64,000 nucleotides of DNA from positions 1-64,000 of the forward strand of contig NW_021832610.1 in assembly GCF_006345805.1 (NCBI RefSeq). Reading direction: 5' to 3'. The stretch's first letter is position 1. Each line of letters opens with the position of its first letter. The DNA comes from Octopus sinensis. Its lineage: Eukaryota. The notes beneath the pieces are model-generated. The model worked only from the letters and a program-made list of their open reading frames with translations. It had not been told where the DNA came from and made no database searches. The translations under genes and the position numbers were made by a program. Shown in pieces: positions 1 through 15,124 of this stretch.

Positions 1-2047
1 AATTAGTATATATATGCAAATTATGTATATATAAATGCAATTATGTATAGATATATGCAAATTATTTATATATATATATATGCAAATTATGTATATATAT
101 ATGTAAATTATGTATATATATATGCAAATTATGTTATATATATATATATATATGCAAATAGTTACATATATATGCAAATTATGTATTTATTTTTGCAAAT
201 TATGTATATATATATGCAAATTATTTGTATATATATCTGCAACTTATGTATATATATATATGCATTTTATGATATATATATGCTAATTATGTATATATAT
301 ATGCAAACTATGTATAAAATATATTGCAAATTATGTACATATATATGCAAATTATGTACTTATTTTGCAATAATGTATATTATATATGCAAATTATATAT
401 ATAGATATGCAAATTATGTTATATTTATATATATTATATATGTAAATTATGTAGATATATATTGCAAATTATGTATATATAGATGCAAATTATGTATATA
501 TATGCAAATTATGTATATATATATGCAAATTATGTATACATATATATATATATGCAACTTATGTATATATATATGCAAATTATGTATATATATATGCAAA
601 TTATGTATATATATATATGCAAATTATCTATATATATATGCAAATTATGTATATATATATGCCAATTATGCATATATATATATAGAAATATTTTATGCAA
701 ATTATGTATATTTATATGCAAATTATGTATATATATATATATAATTATATATAGCATATTATATATATATATATATGCAAATTATCTATATATATATGCA
801 AATTATGTATATATATGCCAATTATGCATATATATGCAAATTATGTATATATATGCAAATTATGTATATATATGCAAATTATGTATATATATATGCAAAT
901 TATGTTATATATAAGCAAATCATGTATATATATGCTAATTATGTATATATATATATACAAATTTTGTATATATATTTGCAAATTATGTATATTTATATGC
1001 AAATTTTATGTATATATATATAATTATATATAGCACATTATATATATATATATGCAAATTATGTATATATATATGCAAATTATGTATATAGCAAATTATG
1101 TATATATATATGCAACTTATGTATATATATGCCACTTATGTATATATATATACCAATTATGTATATATATATGCAAATTATGTATATATATATGCAAATT
1201 ATTTATATATATATGTAATTCTATATATATATGCAAATTATGTATATATATGCAAATTATGTATATATATGAAAATTATGTATATATATGCAAATATGTA
1301 TATTATATATATATGCAAATTATGTATATATATGCAAATTATGTATATATATGCAAATTATGTATATATATATGCAAATTATGTATATATATGCAAATTA
1401 TGTATATATATATATGCAAGTTATGTATATATAGATGTGCAAATTATGTATATATATATGCAAATTATGTATATATATGCCAATTATGTATATATATATG
1501 CAAATTATGTATATATATATGCAAATTATGTACATACATATGCAAATTATGTACATATATATGCAAATTTTGTATTTATTTTTGCAAATAATGTGTATAT
1601 ATATGAAAATTATGTATATATATATGCAAATTATGTATATATATATATATGCAAGTTATGTATATATATGCAAATTATGTAAATATATATGCAAATTATG
1701 TATATATATATGCAAATTATGTATATATATATGCAGATTATGTATAGATATATGCAAATTATGTATATATATGCAAATTATGTATATATATATGCAAATT
1801 ATGTATATATATATGCAAATTATGTATATATATGCAAATTATGTATATATATATGCAAATTATGTATATATATTTATGCAAATTATGTATAGATATATGC
1901 AAATTATGTATATATATATGCAAATTATGTATATATATATGCAAATTATGTATATATATATACAAATTATGTATATATATATGCAAATTATGTATATATA
2001 TGCAAATTATGTATATATATATGCAAATTATGTATATATATATGTAA
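1..2047 (+). repeat. Satellite A array (ATGCAAATTATG(TA)n, ~20-22 bp unit), forward orientation
   Basis: Continuous tandem TATGCAAATTATGTATATATA with variable TA-tract length; ends at the fixed junction TATGTAAATG|TCAGGAATG. Confidence 0.95.
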
Positions 2048-3744
2048 ATGTCAGGAATGTCATTACCGTCTTTGATCTCTGTCGCCCTCTCTTTGATCTC
2101 TGTCGGCACCGTCTTTGATCTCTGGAATGTCAGGAATGTCTGGAATGTCCGGAATGTCAGGAATGTCTGGAATCAAACACGGTGCCGACAGAGATTAAGC
2201 ACGATGCCGACAGAGATCAAAGACGGTACTGGCATTCCTGACATCCCACACATTCCAGACATTCCGGACATTCCAGACATTCCAGAAATTCCAGACATTC
2301 CTGGCATTCCAGACATTCCTGACATTCCTGAGATCAAAGACTGTGACGACAGAGATCAAAGAGGGTGCCGAAAGAGATCAAAGAGCGTGCCGAAAGAGAT
2401 CAAAGAGCGTTCCGTCTGAGATCAAAGAGAGTGCCGACATAGATCAGCGACGGTGCCGACATATATCAAAGATAGTGCCGACAGAGATCAAAGAGGGTGC
2501 CGACAGAGATCAAAGAGGCGGCCGAAAGTGATCAAAGAGCGTGCCGACAGAGATCAAAGAGAGTGTCGACAGAGATCAAAGACGATGTCGACGGAGATCA
2601 AAGAGGATGCCGAAAGAGATCAAAGAGAGGACCGAATAGATCAAAGAGGGTGCTGACAGAGATCAAAGACGGTGCTGACATTCTTGACTTTCCTGACATT
2701 CCTGAAATTCCAGACATTCATGACATTCCAGACATTCCAGGCATTCATGACATTCCAGAAATTCCAGACATGCATGACATTCCAGACATTCCTGACATTC
2801 CACACATTCGTCACATTCCAGACATTCCTGACATTCCAGATATTCCAGACATTCCGGACATTCCAGACATTCCAGATATTCCAGACATTCCTGACATTCC
2901 AGAGATCAAAGACGGTGCCGACAGAGATCAAACACGGTGCCGACAGAGATCAAAGACGGTACTGACATTCCTGACGTTCCACACATTCCAGACATTCCTG
3001 ACATTCCAGACATTCCTGACATTCCAGATATTCCGGACATTCCAGTTATTCCCGACATTCCTGACATTCCGGAGATCAAAGACGGTGCCGACAGAGATCA
3101 AAGAGGGAGCCGACAGAGATCAAACACGGTGCCAACAGAGATCAAAGACGGTACTGACATTCCTGACATTCCACACATTCCACACATTCCACACATTCCA
3201 CACATTCCAGACATTCGTGACATTCCAGACATTCCAGACATTCCAGATATTCCAGACATTCCTGACATTCCTGACATTCCACACATTCCTGATATTCCTG
3301 ACATTCCTGATATTCCTGACATTCCTGACATTCCAGACATTCATGACATTCCAGACATTCCTGACATTCCAGACATTAAAGATATTCCAGACATTCCTGA
3401 CATTCCAGAGATCAAAAACGGTGCCGACAGAGATCAAAGAGAGGGCCGACAGAGATCAAACACGGTGCCTACAGAAATCAAAGAGGGTAGTGACATTCCT
3501 GACATTCCACACATTCCTGACACACCAGACATTCCTGACATTCCAGACATTCCTGACATTCAAGACATTCCAGATATTCCAGACATTCCTGACATTCCAG
3601 AGATCAAAGACTGTGCCGACAGAGATCAAAGAGAGGGCCGACAGAGATCAAGCACGGTGCTGACAGAGATCAAAGACGGTACTGACATTCCTGACATTCC
3701 ACACATTCCTGACATTCCAGACATTCCTGACATTCCAGACATTC
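2048..3744 (+). repeat. Satellite B block copy 1: alternating runs of 9-bp GACATTCCW and 22-bp GAGATCAAAGACGGTGCCGACA; first ~125 bp (2048-2172) inverted
   Basis: Units read directly; orientation switch at GGAAT|CAAAC near 2172; ends GACATTC|TAAAAATAGTAATAAT. Confidence 0.93.
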
Positions 3745-4730
3745 TAAAAATAGTAATAATAAACTAAAAATAGGACAAATAAACTAAAAATAGAACAGCA
3801 GCTAAAAAGAGTACAAGTAAACTAAAATTAGAACAGCAACAAAAAATAGAACAAATAAACTTAAAATAGCACAGAAACTAAAAATAGAACAGCAACTAAG
3901 AATAGGACAAATAAACTAAAAATAGAACAGCAACTAAAAATAGAACAGCGACTAAAAATAGAACAAATAAACTAAAAATAGAACAGCAAGTAAAATTAGG
4001 ACAAATAAACTTAAAATAGAACAAATAAATTAAAAATAGGACAGCAACTAAAAATAGGACAAATAAACTAAAAATAGGACAAATAAACTCAAAATAGGAC
4101 AAATAAATTAAAAATTGGACAAATAAACTAAAAATAGAACAGCGACTAAAAATAGAACAAATATACTAAAGATAGAACAGCAACTAAAAATAGAACAGCA
4201 ACTAAAAATAGAACAAATAAACTAAAAATAGAACAGCAACTAAAAATATAACAGCAACTAAAAATAGGACAAATAAACTAAAAATAGAACAGCAACTAAA
4301 AATAGGACAAATAAACTAAAAATAGAACAAATAAACTAAAAATAGAACAGCAACTAAAAATAGAACAGCAAGTAAAAATAGAACAGCAACTAAAAATAGA
4401 ACAGCAACTAAAAATAGAACAGCAACTTAAAATAGAATAAATAAACTAAAAATAGAACAGCAACTAAAAATAGAACAAATAAACTAAAAATAGAACAAAT
4501 AAATTTAAAATAGGACAAATAAACTAAAAATAGGACAAATAAACTAAAAATAGGACAAAAAACTAAAAATTGGACAAATAAACTTAAAATAGAACAAATA
4601 AATTGAAAATAGAACAAATAAACTAAAAATAGAACAGCAACTAAAAATAGAACAGCAACTAAAAATAGGACAAATAAACTAAAAATAGAACAGCAACTAA
4701 AAATACAACAAATAAACTAAAGATAGAAGA
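3745..4730 (+). repeat. Satellite C array (18-bp AACTAAAAATAGAACAGC and 20-bp AACTAAAAATAGRACAAATA), truncated copy
   Basis: Tandem units; variant order matches 16898-~17791. Confidence 0.93.
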
Positions 4731-6145
4731 ATATCAGGAATGTCAGGAATATCAGGAATGTGTGGAATGTCAGGAATGTCAGGAATGTCTGGAATATCTG
4801 GAATGTCTGGAATGTCTGGAATGTCACGAATGTCTGGAATGTGTGGAATGTGTGGAATGTGTGGAATGTCAGGAATGTCAGTACCGTCTTATTATTACTA
4901 TTTTTAGAATGTCTGGAATGTCAGGAATGTCTGGAATGTCAGGAATGTGTGGAATGTCAGGAATGTCAGTACCGTCTTTGATCTCTGTTGGCACCGTGTT
5001 TGATCTCTGTCTGCTCCCTCTTTGATCTCTGTCGGCACCGTCTTTGATCTCTGGAATGTCAGGAATGTCGGGAATATCTGGAATGTCCGGAATATCTGGA
5101 ATGTCAGGAATGTCGGAATGTCAGGAATGTCTGGAATGTGTGGAACGTCAGGAATGTCAGTACCGTCTTTGATCTCTGTCGGCACCGTCTTTGATCTCTG
5201 GAATGTCAGGAATGTCTGGAATTCTGGAATGTCTGCAATGTCCGGAATGTCTGGAATATCTGGAATGTCAGGAATGTCTGGAATGTGACGATGTGTGGAA
5301 TGTCAGGAATGTCTGGAATGTCATGCATGTCTGGAATTTCTGGAATGTCATGAATGCCTGGAATGTCTGGAATGTCATGAATGTCTGGAATTTCAGGAAT
5401 GTCAGGAAAGTCAAGAATGTCAGCACCGTCTTTGATCTCTGTCAGCACCCTCTTTGATCTATTCGGTCCTCTCTTTGATCTCTTTCGGCATCCTCTTTGA
5501 TCTCCGTCGACACCGTCTTTGATCTCTGTCGACACTCTCTTTGATCTCTGTCGGCAGGCTCTTTGATCACTTTCGGCACCCTCTTTGATCTCTGTCGGCA
5601 CCCTCTTTGATCTCTGTCGGCACTATCTTTGATATATGTCGGCACCGTCGCTGATCTATGTCGGCACTCTCTTTGATCTCAGACGGAACGCTCTTTGATC
5701 TCTTTCGGCACGCTCTTTGATCTCTTTCGGCACGCTCTTTGATCTCTTTCGGCACCCTCTTTGATCTCTGTCGTCACAGTCTTTGATCTCAGGAATGTCA
5801 GGAATGTCTGGAATGCCTGGAATGTCAGGAATGTCTGTAATGTGTGGAATATGTGGAATGTCTGGAATGTCAGGAATGTCTGGAATTCCAGGAATGTCTG
5901 GAATTTCTGGAATGTCTGGAATGTCCGGAATGTCTGGAATGTGTGGGATGTCAGGAATGCCAGTACCGTCTTTGATCTCTGCCGGCATCGTGCTTAATCT
6001 CTGTCGGCGCCGTGTTTGATTCCAGACATTCCTGACATTCCGGACATTCCAGACATTCCTGACATTCCAGAGATCAAAGACGGTGCCGACAGAGATCAAA
6101 GAGAGGGCGACAGAGATCAAAGACGGTAATGACATTCCTGACATT
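4731..6145 (-). repeat. Satellite B block copy 2, inverted and mosaic
   Basis: GGAATGTC / GATCTCTGTCGGCACCGTCTTT units are the reverse complement of copy 1; 6001-6145 mirrors ~2048-2190. Confidence 0.92.
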
Positions 6146-7006
6146 TACATATTATATACATAATTTGCATATATATATACATAATTTGCATAAATATATA
6201 CATAATTTACATATATATACATAATTTGTATATTATATACATAATTTGCATATATATATACATAATTTGCATATATATATACATAATTTGCATATATCTA
6301 TACATAATTTGCATAAATATATATCCATAATTTGCATATATATATACATAATTTGCATATATATATAATTTGCATATATATATACATAATTTGCATATAT
6401 ATATACATAATTTGCGCATATTATACATAATTTGCATATATCTATACATATTTTGCATATATATATACATAATTTGCATATATATATACATAATTTGCAT
6501 ATATATTTACATAATTTGCATATATATACATAATTTGCATATATATATATATACATAATTTTCCTATATATACACATTATTTGCAAAAATAAATACATAA
6601 TTTGCATATATATGTACATAATTTGCATATGTATGTACATAATTTGCATATATATATACATAATTTGCATATATATATACATAATTGGCATATATATGTA
6701 TAATTTGCATATATATATATACATAATTTGCACATCTATATATACACAATTTGCATATATATATATACATAATTTGCATATATATACATAATTTGCATAT
6801 ATATATACATAATTTGCATATATATACATATTTGCATATATATACATAATTTGCATATATATATATACATAATTTGCATTATATACATAATATGCATATA
6901 TATACATAATTTGCATATATATACATAATTTGCATATATATATAGATTTACATATATATATACATAATTGCATATATATATACATAATTTGCATATATAT
7001 ATACAT
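6146..7006 (-). repeat. Satellite A array, inverted
   Basis: ACATAATTTGCATATATAT units; GCACATCTAT at 6730 is the reverse complement of ATAGATGTGC at 1431. Confidence 0.93.
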
Positions 7007-7007
7007 T

Positions 7008-9977
7008 ATGTATATATATATGCAAATATGTATATATATATATGCAAATATGTATATACATATGCAAATATGTATATATATATGCAAATTATGTATATTA
7101 TATGCAAATTATGATATATATATGCAAATTATGTATATATATATGCAAATATGTATAATATATGCAAATATGTATATATATGCCAGTTATGTATAATATT
7201 ACAAATTATGTATATATATGCAAATTATGTATATATATATGCAAATTATGTATATTATATGCAAATTATGTATATATATATGTTAAATCTCTATATATAT
7301 GCAAATATGTATATATATGCAAATTATGTATATATATGCAAATATGTATATATATATGTAAATTATGTATATATATGCAAATTATGTATATATATGCTAA
7401 TTATGTATATATATATGCAAATTATGTATATATGCAAATTATGTATATATATATGCAAATTATGTATATATAGATATGCAAATTATGTATATATATATAT
7501 GCAAATTATGTATATATATGCCAATTATGTATATATATATGCAAATTATGTATATATATATGCAAATTATGTACATACATATGCAAATTATGTACATATA
7601 TATGCAAATTATGTATTTATTTTTGCAAATAATGTGTATATATATGCAAATTATGTATATATATATGCAAATTATGTATATATATGCAAATTATGTATAT
7701 ATATATATGCAAATTATGTATATATAGATATGCAAATTATGTATATATATATATGCAAATTATGTATATATATGCCAATTATGTATATATATATGTAAAT
7801 TATGTATATATATGCAAATTATGTATATATATGCAAATTATGTATATATATATGCAAATTATGTAAATATATATGCAAATTATGTATATATATATGCAAA
7901 TTATGTATATATATATGCAAATTATGTATAGATATATGCAAATCATGTATATATATGCAAATTATGTATATATATATGCAAATTATGTATATATATATGC
8001 AAATTATGTATATATATATGCAAATTATGTATATATATATATGCAAATTTTGTATATATATATGCAAATTATGTATATTTATATGCAAATTATGTATATA
8101 TATATATATAAAATTATATATAGCAAATTATATATATATATATATGCAAATTATGTATATATATATATATGCAAATTATATATTTATATCAGCAAATTAT
8201 GTGTATATATATGCAAATTATGTATATATATATATGAAAATTATGTATATATATATATGCAAATTATGTATATATATTATATGCAAATTATGTATATATA
8301 TATGCAAATTATGTATATATATATATGCAAATTATGTATATATATATGTAAATATGTATTTATATATGCAAATTATGTATATATATATGCAAATACGTAT
8401 ATATGCAATTATGTATATATATGCAAATTATGAATATTATATGCAAATTATGTATATATATATGAAAATTATGTATATATATATATGCAAATTATGTACT
8501 ATATTGCAAATTATGTATATATATATATGCAAATATGTATATACATAAGCAAATTATGTATATATATATGCAAATAATGTATATATATGCCAATTATGTA
8601 TATATATATACAAATTATGTATTATATATGCAAATTATGTATATATATATGCAAAATATGTACATATATATGCAAATTATGTATATATATATGCAAATAT
8701 CTATATATATATGTAATTCTATATATATATGCAAAGTATGTATATATATGCAAATTATGTATATATATGCAAATTATGTGTATATATATGCAAATTATGT
8801 ATATATATATATATGCAAATTATGTATATATATGCAAATTATGTATATATATATGCAAATTATGTATATATATATATGCAAATTATGTATATATATATGC
8901 AAATTATGTATATATATGCAAATTATGTATATATATATGCAAATTATGAATATATATATGCAAATTATGTATATATAGGCAAATTATGTATATATATATA
9001 TGCAAATTATGTATATATATATGCAAATTATGTATATATATAAGCAAATTATGTATATATATATGCAAATTATGTATATATATATATGCAAATAATGTAT
9101 GTATAAGCCAATTATCTATATATATATAAATTATGTATATATATATGCAATTTATGTATATATATATGCAAATTATGTACATATATATGCAAATTATGTA
9201 TATATATATGCAAATTATGTATTTATATGAAATTATGTATATATATGCAAATTAAGTATATATATGCAAATTATGTATATATTTATGCAAATTATGTATA
9301 TATATGCAAATTTGTATATATATGCAAATGTATATATATGCAATTATGTATATATAATATTCAAATTATGTATATATATATATGCAAATTATGTATATAT
9401 ATATGCAAATTATGTATATAATATGCAAATTATGTATATATATATGCAAATATGTATATATATATGCAAATTATGCATATATATGTGCAAATTATGTATA
9501 TATATTTATGCAAATTATGTATAGATATATGCAAATTATGTATATATATATGCAAATTATGTATATATATATGCAAATTATGTATATATATATGCAAATT
9601 ATGTATATATATGCAAATTATGTATAATATATGCAAATTTGTATATATATATATGCATATAATGTATATATATATATGCAAATTATGTATATATATGCAA
9701 ATTATGTATATATATATATGCAAATTATGTATATATATTTAAATATTTATATATATATTCAAATTATGTATATATCAAATTATGTATATATATATGCAAA
9801 TTATGTATATATGTATATATATGTATATATATATGCAAATTATGTATATATATATATGCAAATTATGTATTTATATATGCAAATTATGTATATATATATA
9901 TTCAAATTATGTATATATATATATGCAAATTATGTATATATATGCAAATTATGTATAAATATATGCAAATTATGTAT
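7008..9977 (+). repeat. Satellite A array, forward
   Basis: Tandem units resume in forward orientation after the hairpin centred at 7007. Confidence 0.93.
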
Positions 9978-10328
9978 AAATAAATAAATAAATACATGAA
10001 TAGAATCTATAAATAGAATCATTAAATAGAATCTATAAATAGAATCTATAAACAGAATCTATAAATAGAATCTATAAATAAATAAATAAATAAATAAATA
10101 AATACATGAATAGAATCTATAAATAGAATCATTAAATAGAATCTATAAAGAGAATCATTAAATAGTATCTATAAATAGAATCTATAAATAAATAAATAAA
10201 TAAATAAATACATGAATAGAATCTATAAATAGAATCTATAAATAGAATCTATAAATAGAATCTATAAATAGAATCTATAAATAGATTCTATAAATAGAAT
10301 CTAAAATAGAATCAATAAATAGAATCTA

Positions 10329-10359
<31 letters not shown>

Positions 10360-10480
10360 ATAGTATCTAAATAGAAATATAAATAGAATCTATAAATAGA
10401 ATCTATAAATAGAATCTATAAATAGAATCTATAATAGAATCTATAAAAAGAATCAATAATAGAATCTATAAAAAAAAAAA
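9978..10480 (+). repeat. Short satellite D island (AATAGAATCTATA + (AAAT)n) ending in an A run
   Basis: 13-bp units and AAAT tracts embedded between A arrays. Confidence 0.9.
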
Positions 10481-13400
10481 ATTATCTATATAAATATGCA
10501 AATATGTATATATATATGCCATTATGCATATATATGCAAATTATGTATATATATATGCAAATTATGTATAGATATATGCAAATTATGTATATATATGCAA
10601 ATTATGTATATATATGTATTATATATGCAAATTATGTATATATATATGCAAATTATGTATTTATATATGCAAATTATGTATATTATATGCAAATTATGTA
10701 TATATATATGCAAATTATGTATGTATATATATGCAAATTATGTATATATATATATGCAAATTATGTATATATATAAGCAAATTATGTATATATATATATG
10801 CAAATAATGTATATATATGCCCATTATGTATATATATATATCACAAATTATGTATATATATATGCAAATTATGTATATATATGAGCAAAATATGTACATA
10901 TATATGCAAATTATGTATATATATATGCAAATTATGTATATATATATGTAAATTCTATATATATATGCAAAGTATGTATATATATGCAAATTATGTATAT
11001 ATATGCAAATTATGTGTATATATATGCATATTATGTATATATATATATATGCAAATTATGTATATATATGCAAATTATGTATATATATATGCAAATTATG
11101 TATATATAAGCAAATTATGTATATATATATATATGCAACTTACGTATATATATATATGACAATTATGTATATATATATGCAAATTATGTATATATATATG
11201 CAAATTATGTATATATATATGCAAATTATGTATATATATGCAAATTATATATATATATATGCAAATTATGAATATATATATGCAAATTATGTATATATAT
11301 GCAAATTATGTATATATATATGCAAATTATGTATATATATATGCAAATTATGTATATATATAAGCAAATTATGTATATATATATGCAAATTATGTATATA
11401 TATATATGCAAAATGTATGTATAAGCCAATTATCTATATATATACAAATTATGTATATATATGCAAATTATGTATATATATATGCAAATTATGTACATAT
11501 ATATGCAAATTATGTATATATATATGCAAATTATGTATATATATGCAAATTATGTATATATATGCAAATTATGTATATATATATGCAAATTATGTATATA
11601 TATGCAAATTATGTATATATATGCAAATTATGTATATATATGCAAATTATGTATGTATATATATATGCAAATTATGTATATATATATATATATGCAAATT
11701 ATGTATATATATATGCAAATTATGTATATATATATGCAAATTATGTATATATATATGCAAATTATGTATATATATATGCAAATTATGTATATATATGCAA
11801 ATTATGTATATATATATGCAAATTATGTGTATATAGGCAAATTATGTATATATATATGCAAATTTGGTATATATATCTGCAACTATATATAAATTATGTA
11901 TATATATCTGCAACTTATGTATATATATATATATGCATTTTATGTATATATATATGCTAATTATGTATATATATATGCAAACTATGTATATATATATGCA
12001 AATTATGTACATATATATGCAAATAATGTACTTATTTTTGCAAATAATGTATATATATATGCAAATTATATATATATATATGCAAATTATGTATATAGAT
12101 ATATATATATATGTAAATTATGTATATATATATGCCAATTATGTATATATAGATGCAAATTATGTATATATATGCAAATTATGTATATATATATGCAAAT
12201 TATGTATACATATATATATATATGCAACTTATGTATATATATATGCAAATTATGTATATATATATGCAAATTATGTATATATATATATGCAAATTATCTA
12301 TATATATATGCAAATTATGTGTATATATATGCCAATTATGCATAATATATATATAAATATTTTATGCAAATTATGTATATTTATATGCAAATTATGTATA
12401 TATATATATATATAATTATATATAGCATATTATATATATATATATGCAAATTATCTATATATATATATATGCAAATTATATGCAAATTATATGCAAATTA
12501 TGAATATATATATGCAAATTATGTATATATATGCAAATTATGTATATATATATGCAAATTATGTATATATATATGCAAATTATGTATATATATAAGCAAA
12601 TTATGTATATATATATGCAAATTACGTATATATATATGCAAATAATGTATGTATAAGCCAATTATCTATATATATATACAAATTATGTATATATATATAT
12701 GCAATTTATGTATATATATATGCAAATTATGTACATATATATGCAAATTATGTATATATATATGCAAATTATGTATTTATATGAAAATTATGTATATATA
12801 TGCAAATTATGTATATATATGCAAATTATGTATATATATATGCAAATTATGTATATATGCAAATTATGTATATATATGCAAATTATGTATATATATATAT
12901 GCAAATTAGATTATATATATATATATGCAAATTATTGTATATATATATGCAAATTATGTATATATATATGCAAATTATGTATATAATATATGCAAATTAT
13001 GTAATTATATATGCAAATTATGCATATATATATGAAAATTATTTTATATATATTTATGCAAATTATGTATAGATATATGCAAATTATGTATATATATATG
13101 CAAATTATGTATATATATATGCAAATTATGTATATATATATGCAAATTATGTATATATAGGCAAATTATGTATATATATATGCAAATTTTGTATATATAT
13201 CTGCAACTATATATAAATATGTATATATATCTGCAACTTATGTATATATATATATATGCATTTTATGTATATATATATGCTAATTATGTATATATATATG
13301 CAAACTATGTATATATATATGCAAATTATGTACATATATATGCAAATTATGTACTTATTTTTTCAAATAATGTATATATATATGCAAATTATATATATAT

Positions 13401-15124
13401 ATATGCAAATTATGTATATATATATATATATATGTAAATTATGTATATATATATGCAAATTATGTATATATAGATGCAAATTATGTATATATATGCAAAT
13501 TATGTATATATATGCAAATTATGTATACATATATATATATATGCAACTTATGTATATATATATGCAAATTATGTATATATATATGCAAATTATGTATATA
13601 TATATATGCAAATTATGTATATATATATGCCAATTATGCATATATATATATATAAATATTTTATGCAAATTATGTATATTTATATGCAAATTATGTATAT
13701 ATATATATATATAATTATATATAGCATATTATATCTATATATATATGCAAATTATGTATATATATATGCCAATTATGCATATATATGCAAATAATGTATA
13801 TATATATGCAAATTATGTATATATATGCAAATTATGTATATATATATGCAAATTATGTATATATAAGCAAATCATGTATATATATGCAAATTATGTATAT
13901 ATATATATGCAAATTTTGTATATATATTTGCAAATTATGTATATTTATATGCAAATTATGTATATATATATATATAATGATATATAGCCTATTATATATA
14001 TATATATATGCAAAATGTATATATATATGCAAATTATGTATATATATGCAAATTATGTATATATATATGCAAATTATATATATATATATGCAAATATGTA
14101 TATACATAAGCAAATTATGTATATATAGATGCAAATTATGTATATATATATGCAAATTATGTATATATATATATGCAAATAATGTATATATATGCCAGTT
14201 ATGTATATATATACAAATTATGTATATATATATGCAAATTATGTATATATATATGCAAATTATGTATATATATATGCAAATTATGTATATATATATGTAA
14301 ATTCTATATATATATGCAAATTATGTATATATATGCAAATTATGTATATATATGCAAATTATGTATATATATGCAAATTATGTATATATATATATATGCA
14401 AATTATGTATATATATGCAAATTATGTATATATATGCAAATTATGTATATATATATGCAAATTATGTATATATATGCAAATTATGTATATATATATATGC
14501 AAATTATGTATATATAGATGTGCAAATTATGCATCTATATATATGCAAATTATGTATATATATGCCAATTATGTATATATATATGCAAATTATGTATATA
14601 TATATGCAAATTATGTACATACATATGCAAATTATGTACATATATATGCAAATTATGTATTTATTTTTGCAAATAATGTGTATATATATGAAAATTATGT
14701 ATATAATATGCAAATTATGTATATATATATATATGCAAATTATGTATATATATGCAAATATGTAAATATATATGCAATTATGTTATATATATGCAAATTA
14801 TGTATATATATATGCAATTATGTATAGATATATGCAAATTATGTATATATATGCAAATTATGTATATATAATGCAAATTTGTATATATATATGCAAATTA
14901 TGTATATATATGCAAAATATGTATATATATATGCAAATTATGTATATATATTATGCAAATTATGTATAGATATATGCAAATTATGTATATATATATGCAA
15001 ATTATGTATATATATATGCAAATTATGTATATATATATACAAATTATGTATATATATATGCAAATTATGTTATAGATATGCAAATTATGTATATATTATG
15101 CAAATTATGTATATATATATTTAA
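10481..15124 (+). repeat. Satellite A array, forward
   Basis: Tandem units; ~13200-15124 repeats the variant order of ~240-2047. Confidence 0.93.

Noticed and set aside
2334-2690. 22-bp GAGATCAAAG... repeats resembling a CRISPR array
   Set aside because: The units are directly tandem with no unique spacers, there are no cas genes, and the context is eukaryotic
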